A DNA stretch of 64,000 nt, taken from positions 1,919 through 65,918 of the forward strand of contig JBBSDZ010000002.1 in assembly GCA_038240205.1 (NCBI GenBank), written 5' to 3'. This document shows positions 10,622 through 20,290 of the stretch, piece after piece (positions within the stretch are counted from its first letter, which is position 1; each line of letters starts with the position of its first letter). Both the position numbers and the translations under genes were made by a program. This DNA comes from Solirubrobacterales bacterium (GTDB lineage: Bacteria; Actinomycetota; Thermoleophilia; Solirubrobacterales; Solirubrobacteraceae). Under the pieces are notes generated by a model. That model was not told the DNA's origin, did not search any database, and saw only the letters and a program-made list of their open reading frames with translations.

Positions 10622-11941
10622 ATGGCCCGCAAGCTGTTCGGGACCGACGGCGTTCGCGGTCTCGCCGGGGAGTTCGTCACGGCCGAGCTCGCGCTTGCCC
10701 TCGGGCGCGCTGCGACCGAGCAGACTGGGATCGGGCGCCCGCAGGTGCTGATCATCCGCGACACGCGCGAGTCCGGCGAGATGCTGCAGGCGGCCGTCGC
10801 TGCCGGTGTCAGCTCCGCGGGCGGCGACGTGCTGCTCGCAGGAGTGCTGCCGACGCCCGCCGCGCCGCTGCTGATCGGCCGCTACGGCTTCGATCTGGCC
10901 GTTGTCCTCTCGGCCTCGCACAACTCCTACGAGGACAACGGCATCAAGTTCTTCGCCGGCGATGGCTACAAGCTCACCGACGACGCCGAGCGCACGATCG
11001 AGCGGGTGCTCGAGCGCGAGCCGCAGCCCGCCGGCACCTCAATCGGGCGCGTGCGCGAGCTACAGGGCGCCCCCGAGGACTACCTACGCGAGCTGCACAC
11101 GCGCTTTGCAGACCTCGATCTGAGTGATCAAGACATCCTGCTGGACTGCGCCAATGGCGCCACTTACCACGTCGCGCCGGAGATCTTCCGGCGTTTGGGC
11201 GCACGCGTCACGGTCGTGGCCGATGAGCCGGATGGGCGCAACATCAACGCCGGCTGCGGCTCCACGCATGTGCATGCGCTCGCAAGGCGCGTCGTTGCGG
11301 GCGGCCACGCGGTCGGCTTTGCCTTCGACGGTGACGGCGACCGCGTCCTTGCCGTCGATCGCCTCGGTCACGTCGTCGACGGCGATGAGCTGCTCGCGCT
11401 GGCGACCCTGCACCTGCGCGGCGCCGGACGCCTGAGCGGAGACGGCGTGGCTGTGACCGTGATGACCAACTACGGCTTCCATTCTGCGATGGAGCAGGCG
11501 GGTGTGACGGTTGCCACGACACAGGTGGGTGACCGCTACGTGCTCGAGGAGTTGCGCGCGCGCGAGTGGGTGCTCGGCGGGGAGCAGTCCGGACACATCA
11601 TCGAGATGGGCTTCAACCGCACCGGCGACGGCGTCGCCAGCGCCCTGTTGACGATGGAGGCGCTTCACGGGGGAGACCTGAGCGAGCGCGGCGCGATGGC
11701 CAAGCTGCCACAGCGCTTGGTGAACGTCCGCGTGCGCGATCGCGAGGCGCTGAGCCATGCCGAAGGCGTCGAGCAGGGGGTGAGGGCGGCCGAGCAGGAG
11801 CTGGCCGGCCGCGGGCGGGTGCTCGTGCGCCCGAGTGGCACCGAGCCGCTCGTGCGGGTGATGGTCGAGGCGCCGACCGAGCAGGAGGCGCAGGAGGTTT
11901 GCGAGCGGCTGGTCTCGCTCGTGCAGTCCGAGCTGGGCTGA
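10622..11941 (+). CDS. glmM: Phosphoglucosamine mutase
   Basis: FGTDGVRG, SASHN, DGDGDR, GEQSGH and RPSGTEP motifs. Confidence 0.95.
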   Translation: MARKLFGTDGVRGLAGEFVTAELALALGRAATEQTGIGRPQVLIIRDTRESGEMLQAAVAAGVSSAGGDVLLAGVLPTPAAPLLIGRYGFDLAVVLSASHNSYEDNGIKFFAGDGYKLTDDAERTIERVLEREPQPAGTSIGRVRELQGAPEDYLRELHTRFADLDLSDQDILLDCANGATYHVAPEIFRRLGARVTVVADEPDGRNINAGCGSTHVHALARRVVAGGHAVGFAFDGDGDRVLAVDRLGHVVDGDELLALATLHLRGAGRLSGDGVAVTVMTNYGFHSAMEQAGVTVATTQVGDRYVLEELRAREWVLGGEQSGHIIEMGFNRTGDGVASALLTMEALHGGDLSERGAMAKLPQRLVNVRVRDREALSHAEGVEQGVRAAEQELAGRGRVLVRPSGTEPLVRVMVEAPTEQEAQEVCERLVSLVQSELG

Positions 11942-11964
11942 GAGGCGCTGGTATCTTCGATGCG

Positions 11965-13836
11965 ATGTGCGGCATCGTTGGCTACGTCGGCGGGCGCCCC
12001 GTCCAGGACCTGCTGCTCGCCGGGCTGAGCAAGCTCGAGTACCGAGGCTATGACTCGGCCGGCATCTCGCTGATCCTGGACGGTCGCATCGAGGCCGTCA
12101 GAGCGGTCGGCAACCTCAGCGCGCTGCAGGCCAAGCTCCACGACCAGGGCGCCGCCGCATCCGCGAACGGCTCGGTGGTGGTAGCGCCGCGCCCTGCGAC
12201 CACGGGTATCGGCCACACCCGCTGGGCCACGCACGGGCGCGTCAGCGAGGAGAACGCGCACCCGCACTACGACAGCCAGGATCGCATCCACGTCGTCGTC
12301 AACGGCATCGTTGAGAACTACATGGCGCTCAAGCAGCGCCTGAGCGCCGCCGGCAGCGTGTTCACGTCCGAGACCGACGCCGAGGTCATTGCGCACCTGG
12401 TCGCCGCTCACTACACCGACGATCTCGCCGCGGCCGTCCGCGCGGCATACGCCGAGCTCGAGGGTCACTACGCGTTCGTGGCAATCAGCCTCGACGAGCC
12501 GGAGGTGCTGGTGGGGGCGCGCAAGGAGTGCCCGCTGATCATCGGGCGCGGTGAGGGCGAGCAGTTCCTCGCCTCAGCCGTGCCCGCGTTCCTCGCCGAG
12601 ACCCGCCAGGTGCAGTACCTGGAGAACGGAGAGATCGCGATCCTGCGCCCCGGCGGCGTGCAGATAACGACGGCCGCCGGCGAGCCGGTGCAACGCGGCG
12701 TGGAGACCGTCGAGTGGGACGAGGAGACCGCCGAGAAGGGCGGCTATGACACGTTCATGCTCAAGGAGATCCACGAACAGGCCGACGCCGTGGCCGACAC
12801 GATCTTCGACCGCACCGCACGCGGGGACGGGGTCGATCTCGACGAGCAGGACGCGCTGGACGAGTCGATCCTCGCCGGCGTCAAGCGGATCATCGTCGTC
12901 GCGTGCGGAACCGCCTACCACGCCGGGCTGATCGGTCGCTACGCGCTGGAGGAGTGGGCACGGGTGCCGGTCGAGCTCGACGTCGCCTCCGAGTACCGCT
13001 ATCGCAACCCGGTTGTCGGGAAGGGCGACCTCGTGATCGGCATCTCCCAGTCGGGCGAGACGGCCGACACGCTCGCGGCGATGAGGCTGGCGCGCGAGCG
13101 CGGCGCGACAGTGCTCGCGATCACCAACACCCGCGGCTCGCAGGCCACGCGCGAGGCGGATGGCGTCCTCTACACACGCGCGGGCTTGGAGATCGGGGTC
13201 GCCGCCACCAAGACGTTTGTCTGTCAAGTCGCTGTGATGTACCTGCTCGCGCTGCGGCTGGCCGAGCTGCGCGGCACGCTCGAGCCGGCGCGAATCGCCG
13301 AGCTCGTCGCCGAGCTCAAGCACCTGCCGCACTGCATCGACGAGCTGATCGAGGGCGGCGAGGCGCGCGCGGAGGCGATCGCCAAGACCTGCTGGGACGC
13401 GGAGTTCTTCTTCTACATCGGTCGCCACGTCGGCTTGCCCGTGGCGCTCGAGGGTGCGTTGAAGCTCAAGGAGATCTCCTACATCTCGACGGACGCCTAC
13501 GCGGCGGGCGAGATGAAGCACGGGCCGATCGCGCTGCTCGACGAGGCCACGCCGGTCGTCTGCGTGGCGACACGCTCGCCGGTGCTCGACAAGCTGATCT
13601 CCAACATCCAGGAGGCACGCGCGCGCGGCGCGCACGTGATCGCAGTCTGCACCGAGGGCGATGGCGACGTCGACGCGCACGTCGATGCTGCGATCCCGGT
13701 CCCGGCGACCGACTGGATGCTGCAGCCGATCCTCGCCGTGATCCCACTGCAGCTGCTCGCCTACGCGATCGCGCGCCACCGCGGCCTCAACGTCGACCAG
13801 CCGCGTAACCTGGCCAAGACCGTCACCGTCGAGTAG
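11965..13836 (+). CDS. glmS: Glutamine-fructose-6-phosphate transaminase
   Basis: MCGIVG start, LEYRGYDSAG, HTRWATHG, SQSGETADT and PRNLAKTVTVE. Confidence 0.97.
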   Translation: MCGIVGYVGGRPVQDLLLAGLSKLEYRGYDSAGISLILDGRIEAVRAVGNLSALQAKLHDQGAAASANGSVVVAPRPATTGIGHTRWATHGRVSEENAHPHYDSQDRIHVVVNGIVENYMALKQRLSAAGSVFTSETDAEVIAHLVAAHYTDDLAAAVRAAYAELEGHYAFVAISLDEPEVLVGARKECPLIIGRGEGEQFLASAVPAFLAETRQVQYLENGEIAILRPGGVQITTAAGEPVQRGVETVEWDEETAEKGGYDTFMLKEIHEQADAVADTIFDRTARGDGVDLDEQDALDESILAGVKRIIVVACGTAYHAGLIGRYALEEWARVPVELDVASEYRYRNPVVGKGDLVIGISQSGETADTLAAMRLARERGATVLAITNTRGSQATREADGVLYTRAGLEIGVAATKTFVCQVAVMYLLALRLAELRGTLEPARIAELVAELKHLPHCIDELIEGGEARAEAIAKTCWDAEFFFYIGRHVGLPVALEGALKLKEISYISTDAYAAGEMKHGPIALLDEATPVVCVATRSPVLDKLISNIQEARARGAHVIAVCTEGDGDVDAHVDAAIPVPATDWMLQPILAVIPLQLLAYAIARHRGLNVDQPRNLAKTVTVE

Positions 13837-13904
13837 CGCAGCACCCGCCGCGAGGCCCACGCTCGGCGGCTGCACGCCAGGTCGACCATCTAGCATCGCT
13901 CCTC

Positions 13905-15440
13905 GTGAACGCCCTGCCCGACTGGCTGACGCCGCTGCCCGACGCCGAGACGATGCGGGCGATCGACCGCTGGGCGATCGAGCAACACGGCGTGCCGAGC
14001 CTCGACCTGATGGATCGCGCCGGCGCCGGCGTTGCTCGCGCCGTCGAGATATACACCGCCGAGGGCCCGGCTGCGGTCGTGTGCGGCAAGGGCAACAACG
14101 GCGGCGACGGCCTCGTCGTCGCGCGCCTGCTGCGGGAGGCCGGTTGGGAGGTCGTCGTGATCTGCGTGGCGCCGCTGGATGAGCTCTCAGGCGACGCACG
14201 CGCGAGCCTCGAGCGCCTGCCCGGGGAGCGGCCGGTCACGCTTACGCAGGGCGTGGCGGCGATCGAGGGTGCGGCCGTGATCGTCGATGCGCTGCTCGGG
14301 ACCGGGTTCGATGGGGCGCCGCGCGGGGCCGTGGCCGAAGCGATCGAGGCGATCAATGCAGCGCCTGCCCCCGCCGTCGCTGTCGACGTTCCGAGCGGGG
14401 TCGACGCCTCGACGGGCGCTGTCGCCGGCAGCGCAGTGCGCGCGGCGGTCACCGTCAGCTTCCATGCGCCCAAGCCCGGGCTCTGGATCATGCCCGGCAA
14501 GGGCCACGCCGGCGAGGTGCACACGATCGATATCGGCATTCCGCGAGGGGCTCCGGACGACGCCTCGATCGGCCTGATCGAGGCCGCCGTGGGTCAGGCG
14601 CTGCCGCGGCGGGGCGCCGCCTCGACGAAGTTCGCATCGGGACAGGTCGTCGTGGCCGGCGGCTCGCGCGGGCTGATCGGCGCCCCGCGCATGGCCGCCT
14701 ACGCGAGCATGCGCACGGGCGCCGGCTACGTGAGCGCCTGCGTGCCCGCGTCGCTGCAGAACGTGATCGCAAGCGCCGCTGCCCCGGAGCTGATGACGCG
14801 CGGGCTGTCCGAGCAGGATGCGGAGCTCGCCCCGTCTGCGGTCGAGGAGGTGCTCGAGAGCATTCGCCCCGGTGGGGCGCTCGCGCTCGGTCCCGGCCTC
14901 GGGCGCAGCGACGGTGCCGTCGCGTTCGCACGCCGCCTCGCTCAGGAGGCGAACGCGCCGCTGGTGCTCGACGCCGACGGCCTCAATGCCCACGCCGGCC
15001 ATTTGCAGGATCTGGCCACGCGTGATGCCGCCACCGTCCTGACGCCGCACGCCGGCGAGCTGGGGCGACTGCTCGAGCTCGACAGCGAGGAGATCGAGCG
15101 CGAGCGCTTGCACCACGCGCGCGCCGCTACGACGCAGGCCGGCGCGGTCGTCGTGCTCAAGGGTGACGACACGCTCATCGCCGAGCCGGCAGGGCGCGTG
15201 GGCGTCAGCAAGGGCGGCAGCCCGGCGCTCGCGACCGCCGGCACGGGCGACGTTCTCACCGGTGTGATCGCAGCTCTGCTTGCGCAGGGACTCGACGCGT
15301 TCACGGCGGCTTGCGCGGGCGTGTGGCTGCACGCAGGCGCCGGGCGCGAGGCGGCACGACGACAGGGCGGCGTAGAAGGCGTGATCGCCAGCGACGTGAT
15401 CGAGGCGCTGCCGGCGGTGCGCGGGCGAGGGCGATCGTGA
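13905..15440 (+). CDS. nnr: Bifunctional NAD(P)HX epimerase/dehydratase (YjeF)
   Basis: GKGNNGGDG, DALLGTG, DVPSG, LDADGLN, TPHAGEL and ATAGTGDVL motifs. Confidence 0.93.
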   Translation: MNALPDWLTPLPDAETMRAIDRWAIEQHGVPSLDLMDRAGAGVARAVEIYTAEGPAAVVCGKGNNGGDGLVVARLLREAGWEVVVICVAPLDELSGDARASLERLPGERPVTLTQGVAAIEGAAVIVDALLGTGFDGAPRGAVAEAIEAINAAPAPAVAVDVPSGVDASTGAVAGSAVRAAVTVSFHAPKPGLWIMPGKGHAGEVHTIDIGIPRGAPDDASIGLIEAAVGQALPRRGAASTKFASGQVVVAGGSRGLIGAPRMAAYASMRTGAGYVSACVPASLQNVIASAAAPELMTRGLSEQDAELAPSAVEEVLESIRPGGALALGPGLGRSDGAVAFARRLAQEANAPLVLDADGLNAHAGHLQDLATRDAATVLTPHAGELGRLLELDSEEIERERLHHARAATTQAGAVVVLKGDDTLIAEPAGRVGVSKGGSPALATAGTGDVLTGVIAALLAQGLDAFTAACAGVWLHAGAGREAARRQGGVEGVIASDVIEALPAVRGRGRS

Positions 15441-16621
15441 TCCCTCCGCGCGCGCAGGCGAGCGTGAACGTCGCCGCGCTGGAGCGCAACTGCGCGCACA
15501 TGCGCTCGCGGCTGCGCGGCGACGCGCTGATGTGCGTGGTCGTAAAGGCAGACGGCTATGGCCACGGCGCAGTCAAGAGCGCCAATGCGGCGCTCGCGGG
15601 CGGCGCCAGCTGGCTGGCCGTCTCGACCTCGCAGGAGGCGCGCGAGCTGCGCGAGGCCGGCCTGAGTGAGCCGCCGATCCTGGTGATGGGCGCGCTCAGC
15701 CTGCCCGAGCTGCACGAAGCGCTCGCGGCCGATGCCGACGTGGCCGTGTGGAGCGAGCGCTACGTTCACGAGGTCGCCGCGGCCGGCGGAGGGCGGGTAC
15801 ACGTCAAGCTCGACTCCGGGATGGGGCGCCTGGGCACGCGCGACCCCGAGCTGGCGGCGCGAGTGCTCGCCGGCGCCTTGGAGGAGGACGGCGTCGAGGC
15901 GATTGGGTTGATGACGCACTTCGCGACGGCCGACGAGCTCGACGACGACGGCTTCTTTGCGCGTCAGCTCGACACGTTTGTGCGCTGGGCGAGCGAGCTC
16001 AAGGCCGAGCAGCCGCAGCTGCTCGTGCACGCGGCCAACAGCGCCGCGACGCTGCGCGACGCGAGCTCCCACCTCGACATGGTGCGCTGCGGGATCGCCT
16101 TCTACGGGATGGACCCGTTCGGTGTAGACCCCGCCGCGCAGGCGCTCGAGCCGGCGCTGGCGCTGAGCTCCTATGTGGCCGAGATCAAGCCTTGCCGCTC
16201 GGGCGAGAGCGCCGGCTATGGGCGGCGCTTCGTGGCCACGCACGACACCCACCTGGGCGTGCTGCCGCTCGGCTACGGCGACGGCTGGCGGCGCGGGCTG
16301 TCGAACAACGCCGAGGTATTGATCGGCGGACAGCGCCATCCGCTCGTTGGCACGGTCAGCATGGACAACGTCACGATCGATCTCGGCGCCGGCGAGGCGG
16401 CCGAGGAGCTGCGCGGGGAGCCGGCGATCCTGATCGGCGGGCAGGGAGGGGAGCGGATCACCGCCGAGGACGTGGCGCGGCGCCTGGGCACGATCAACTA
16501 TGAGGTGACGTGCGCATTGACGCCGCGCGTGCCCCGCGTCCACCACCGCGACGGCGGGCCGGTCGGGCAGGGTGCAGGCGCCTCGCAGCCGCCGCCATGG
16601 CTCCCGGCCCGGCATGGATGA
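15437..16621 (+). CDS. alr: Alanine racemase
   Basis: VVKADGYGHG, KLDSGMGRLG, GYGDG and TINYE motifs; GTGA overlap with nnr. Confidence 0.95.
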   Translation: MIPPRAQASVNVAALERNCAHMRSRLRGDALMCVVVKADGYGHGAVKSANAALAGGASWLAVSTSQEARELREAGLSEPPILVMGALSLPELHEALAADADVAVWSERYVHEVAAAGGGRVHVKLDSGMGRLGTRDPELAARVLAGALEEDGVEAIGLMTHFATADELDDDGFFARQLDTFVRWASELKAEQPQLLVHAANSAATLRDASSHLDMVRCGIAFYGMDPFGVDPAAQALEPALALSSYVAEIKPCRSGESAGYGRRFVATHDTHLGVLPLGYGDGWRRGLSNNAEVLIGGQRHPLVGTVSMDNVTIDLGAGEAAEELRGEPAILIGGQGGERITAEDVARRLGTINYEVTCALTPRVPRVHHRDGGPVGQGAGASQPPPWLPARHG

Positions 16622-18041
16622 AGGTCTGAACGCCGCTCGCACGGCGCTCGCGGACAGCCCGGCGTGGCTCGTCGGCGGCGCGATTCGCGACCGCCTGCTC
16701 GGCCGCGCGACGAGCGATCTCGACGTGGTCGTCGACGGCGACCCGGCGCAGGCAGCGCGCGCGATCGCGTCCGCTGCTGGGCACGCGGCCTGCTTCGCGC
16801 TCTCTGAGGAGTTCGGGGCGTGGCGCGTGAGCGCGCGCGACTCCTCCTGGCAGGTGGACGTCGAGCCGCTGCGCGGTGGCTCGCTGCAGGCCGATCTCAC
16901 GCTGCGCGACTTCACGGTCAATGCGATCGCCGAGCCGCTGTCCGGTGGGGAGCCGATCGATCCGCTCGGAGGGCTCCAGGATCTCGCCGCGCGGCGGCTA
17001 CGGATGGCCGCGCCGAGCGCCTTCGCCGAGGACCCGCTGCGCGTGCTGCGGCTCGCGCGTGTCGCCGTCGAGCTCGGTCTCGAGCCCGAGCCCGACACGC
17101 TCGCGCACGCTCGCGAGCAGGCGGCCGGGCTGTCGCGCTGCTCGCCCGAGCGGGTGTTCATGGAGCTGCGCCGGATTCTCGCGGCGCCCGAGATGCTCCG
17201 TGGATTGCAGCTGATGGAGCAGCTCGAAGCCACGGCGGTCGTGCTGCCCGAGCTGCAGGCGCTGCGCGGCGTCGAGCAGAACCGCTTCCATCACGCCGAC
17301 GTCTACGGGCACACCCTGGAGGTGCTCGCGCGTACGGCCAAGCTTGTCGATGTCGCCACCGGCCACACACATGAGCCCGACCTGGCGCTCGACGCTGTCT
17401 TGCACGGGCAGCGCGAGGCGGTGGCGGCCGTGCTCGAACAGCCGCTCGCCGACGGGCTCACGCGCGGCGGAGCGCTGCGCTGGGGCGCGCTGCTGCACGA
17501 TGCCGCCAAGCCGCTCACGCGCGGCGTGCGCCCGGGCGACGGGCGCGTGACGTTCATCGGGCACGACGAGCGCGGCGCGGCGCTCGCGCGCGAGCTGCTC
17601 GGCAGGCTGCGCTCGAGCGAGCGCCTGCGCGCCTACGTCGCAGCGCTCGTGCGCCACCACCTGCGCGCAGGCTTCCTCGTCCACGAGCCCCAGCCGCTCT
17701 CGCGCAGGACCGTGTTCGCCTACCTGCGCGCTTGCGCACCCGTCGAGGTCGAGGTGACGCTACTGTCGATCGCCGACCGCCTGGCCACGCGCGGCGACCG
17801 CGCCGAGGAGGCGATCGCGGCCCACCTGCAGGTGGCGCGCGGCCTGCTCGCCGATGCTCTGCGCTGGCGCGCCGATGGCCCGCCGGTGCCGCTGCTGCGT
17901 GGCGATGAGCTCGCCGGCGAGCTCGGCATCCGCCCCGGCCCGCAGCTCGGGCTGCTGCTCGAGCGCGTTGCCGAGGCGCAGTACGCCGGCGAGGTGGCTA
18001 CGCGCGAGCAGGCGATCGACCACGCGCGCTCGCTCGCATAA
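16614..18041 (+). CDS. CCA-adding/poly(A) polymerase family nucleotidyltransferase with HD domain
   Basis: LVGGAIRD..DLD, RDFTVNA, EDPLRVLR, DVYGHT and LLHDAAK motifs. Confidence 0.85.
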   Translation: MDEGLNAARTALADSPAWLVGGAIRDRLLGRATSDLDVVVDGDPAQAARAIASAAGHAACFALSEEFGAWRVSARDSSWQVDVEPLRGGSLQADLTLRDFTVNAIAEPLSGGEPIDPLGGLQDLAARRLRMAAPSAFAEDPLRVLRLARVAVELGLEPEPDTLAHAREQAAGLSRCSPERVFMELRRILAAPEMLRGLQLMEQLEATAVVLPELQALRGVEQNRFHHADVYGHTLEVLARTAKLVDVATGHTHEPDLALDAVLHGQREAVAAVLEQPLADGLTRGGALRWGALLHDAAKPLTRGVRPGDGRVTFIGHDERGAALARELLGRLRSSERLRAYVAALVRHHLRAGFLVHEPQPLSRRTVFAYLRACAPVEVEVTLLSIADRLATRGDRAEEAIAAHLQVARGLLADALRWRADGPPVPLLRGDELAGELGIRPGPQLGLLLERVAEAQYAGEVATREQAIDHARSLA

Positions 18042-18079
18042 GCGAGCCGTGCGCGTGCGATCCGAATAGGCTTTCTGCA

Positions 18080-18493
18080 ATGGCCGACTCGGACTGCATC
18101 TTCTGCAAGATCGCTGCCGGTGAGCTGCCGGCAATGATCGTGGCCGAAGACGAGCAAACGATCTCCTTCATGGACATCGCTCCCGCTACGCGCGGGCACG
18201 CACTCGTGATCCCGCGCGCGCACTCGGCGGACCTGCTCAGCATCGAGCCGGAGGACCTGACGGCGGTCACGCTAGCCGCGAGAGCTCTCGCGGCGCGCCA
18301 GAAGGAGCGCCTGCAGGCAGACGGCGTGAACCTCCTGAACGCCTGCGGCGCCGCCGCGTTCCAGACGGTCTTCCACTTCCACATGCACGTGATCCCGCGC
18401 TACGAGGGAGACTCGCTGAGACTCCCGTGGGTGCCCGCCGCGGGCGATCCAGAGCAGATCGCGGCCGCTGCGCAGGAACTCACGCGGAAATAG
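18080..18493 (+). CDS. HIT family nucleotide hydrolase
   Basis: CIFCKI and QTVFHFHMHVIP. Confidence 0.93.
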   Translation: MADSDCIFCKIAAGELPAMIVAEDEQTISFMDIAPATRGHALVIPRAHSADLLSIEPEDLTAVTLAARALAARQKERLQADGVNLLNACGAAAFQTVFHFHMHVIPRYEGDSLRLPWVPAAGDPEQIAAAAQELTRK

Positions 18494-18534
18494 AGAATCA
18501 TCAAAACGCTCCTTCTGTCCCGGACTCGTGTTGA

Positions 18535-19212
18535 ATGGCAATGATGAAACGCACATACATGGCCATCCTCGCGAGCCTCGCGCTCGCCCTCGCGCTCCCC
18601 GCCGTCGCTCCGGCGACGCTTGCCGAAGTCGGCGTGATCCCACCGACGACCACCCCTGAAACCGTCCCCAGCTGCCCTGCGAGCCCGTGCTTGGCGGTCA
18701 GCCGCACGACCGGCTTTCAGGTCAAGGTCGCAACCAACACGACGCTGATGATGGCGCCGCGCGCCGGATCGGTCGTCGCCTGGACGATTCAGCTCGGCAA
18801 GCCCAACGCGACGCAGATCAAGTTCTTCAACGCCAACGAGGGCGGCGCGGCAGAAGCCGGAATTGCGATCCTGCGCCCGCAGAAGAAAGTCAAACTGACC
18901 TATCAGCTGATCGCCTCCAGCCCGACCGTCAAGCTGCAGCCGTACTTCGGCAGGACCGTGCAGTTCCCGCTGGAAAAGACGATCGCCGTGCGCAAGGGCG
19001 ACATCGTCGCGCTGACCGTCCCCACTTGGGCGCCCGCGCTCGCGCTCGGCTTCGGCAAGGACACCTCTTGGCGCGCCAGCCGCGCCAAGAGCCAGTGCGC
19101 GAGCACCAGCGCGCAGAGCACGCACACCTCGATCGGCAGCCCCGTGCAGTACTTCTGCCTATATCAGACCGCGCGTCTGACCTACAGCGCAACGCTGATC
19201 TCAACTCCCTAG
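18535..19212 (+). CDS. Secreted hypothetical protein
   Basis: Signal peptide, beta-rich mature region, paired Cys. Confidence 0.7.
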   Translation: MAMMKRTYMAILASLALALALPAVAPATLAEVGVIPPTTTPETVPSCPASPCLAVSRTTGFQVKVATNTTLMMAPRAGSVVAWTIQLGKPNATQIKFFNANEGGAAEAGIAILRPQKKVKLTYQLIASSPTVKLQPYFGRTVQFPLEKTIAVRKGDIVALTVPTWAPALALGFGKDTSWRASRAKSQCASTSAQSTHTSIGSPVQYFCLYQTARLTYSATLISTP

Positions 19213-19262
19213 GACGCCGCTGGCCGGCGCGAGGCGGCGTCCTCGCGAGCTGCTGCCCGGCC

Positions 19263-19508
19263 CTAGGCGCGGTTGGGTCCGCCGGGACCCCTGCCCCGCT
19301 CGCGCCGCAAGTCGTGGTAACGGCGTAGGGCGATCAAAGTCCAGATCCCCTCGACGACGCCGAATGGCCAGGTGCCGTCGAGGAAGCCCTAGCTGCTGGA
19401 GAGTGCGCAGCCGCACGCGAACGCCGCTACGAAGCCGGGGCCGCGGCGCTCGAGCGCGTACATGAGCATCACGAACGTCACCGTTGCCGCGCCGTAGACG
19501 GTCAGCAC
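19263..19508 (-). pseudogene. Small membrane protein gene interrupted by an in-frame TAG
   Basis: MLTVYGAATVTFVMLMYALERRGPGFVAAFACGCALSSS*GFLDGTWPFGVVEGIWTLIALRRY; TAG at 19389-19391. Confidence 0.7.
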
Positions 19509-19542
19509 GGCTCAGCTCGAGGGCGCGAGGGCGCCCGTACGG

Positions 19543-19941
19543 CTATTTGCCGGTCGGCGCGCCGGCGCCGCCGGTGGGGCTGGAGCCGGCGGCTGATTCT
19601 TCGCTGGGCGCTTCTTTTTCAGCCGAGGCCCCGCCGGAGCTGCCTTTTTCTTCTTCTTCGCCTGCTCCGCTGGAGCTGCCGCCGCCGGTCGGTTCTTCGG
19701 TGGCTTCGTTGCCGCCCGATTCGTTGGCCGGGCTTTCGCCGGTGGAGGTTTTCGACTTGGATGTCGTGGACGTCGAGGTCGTCTGCACGGCGGCCTTTTC
19801 AGCGCTCGTGTCGTTGGGCGGGGTGATGTCGGGGGTGCTCTTGGGCGCCGAGCCCGAGGCGCTGCTGCCGCCGCCACAAGCCGCGAGCGTGCCGCCGGCG
19901 AGCAGCAGGGCGACGGCGAGGATGGCGGCGCGCGCGATCAA
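19543..19941 (-). CDS. Low-complexity S/T/E-rich lipoprotein
   Basis: Lipobox LAACGGG; TTG start overlaps the upstream stop. Confidence 0.7.
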   Translation of the reverse strand: MIARAAILAVALLLAGGTLAACGGGSSASGSAPKSTPDITPPNDTSAEKAAVQTTSTSTTSKSKTSTGESPANESGGNEATEEPTGGGSSSGAGEEEEKGSSGGASAEKEAPSEESAAGSSPTGGAGAPTGK

Positions 19942-20222
19942 CGGTCTCCCGCCGGCTCTCCGAGCGGCCCCATGCGCCGTCCGCACGTGGGGCAGTCGTT
20001 GAGGTCCTTCTGGGCGAGCTGGTTGCACCAGCTGCAGAAGCGCAGGTTCTCGACCGCCCACGGCAGGCGCGAGGCGGAAGGGGCGAGCGGGAGGACCTTG
20101 CCGACGACTTCAAGCTCTTGGCCGCCGTCGCGGTCGAGGTAGATCTCGCCGGGCTCCGCCTCCATCACTATCTCTCGGCCGCTTGCGGGATTGCGCAGGC
20201 GGTAGCGCTGTGTGGTGCTCAC
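19938..20222 (-). CDS. Small zinc-ribbon protein
   Basis: C-terminal CSWC..CPTC. Confidence 0.7.
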   Translation of the reverse strand: MSTTQRYRLRNPASGREIVMEAEPGEIYLDRDGGQELEVVGKVLPLAPSASRLPWAVENLRFCSWCNQLAQKDLNDCPTCGRRMGPLGEPAGDR

Positions 20223-20290
20223 GCACGGCACTTTATCGGAGCGCCCGGAGGCGGCGCAGCGGCGTGGGGGCGGCTAGGTAGGCTGCCGCG

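Noticed and set aside
11941-11964. glmS ribozyme
   Set aside because: Only about 23 nt separate glmM and glmS, leaving no room.
13837-13904. No acpS between glmS and nnr
   Set aside because: Ordinary gene-order variation; no remnant seen.
14942-17233. 763-aa minus-strand ORF and similar long antisense ORFs (e.g. 38007-40223, 24618-26477, 29145-31013)
   Set aside because: High-GC shadow frames opposite clearly identified genes, with no motifs.
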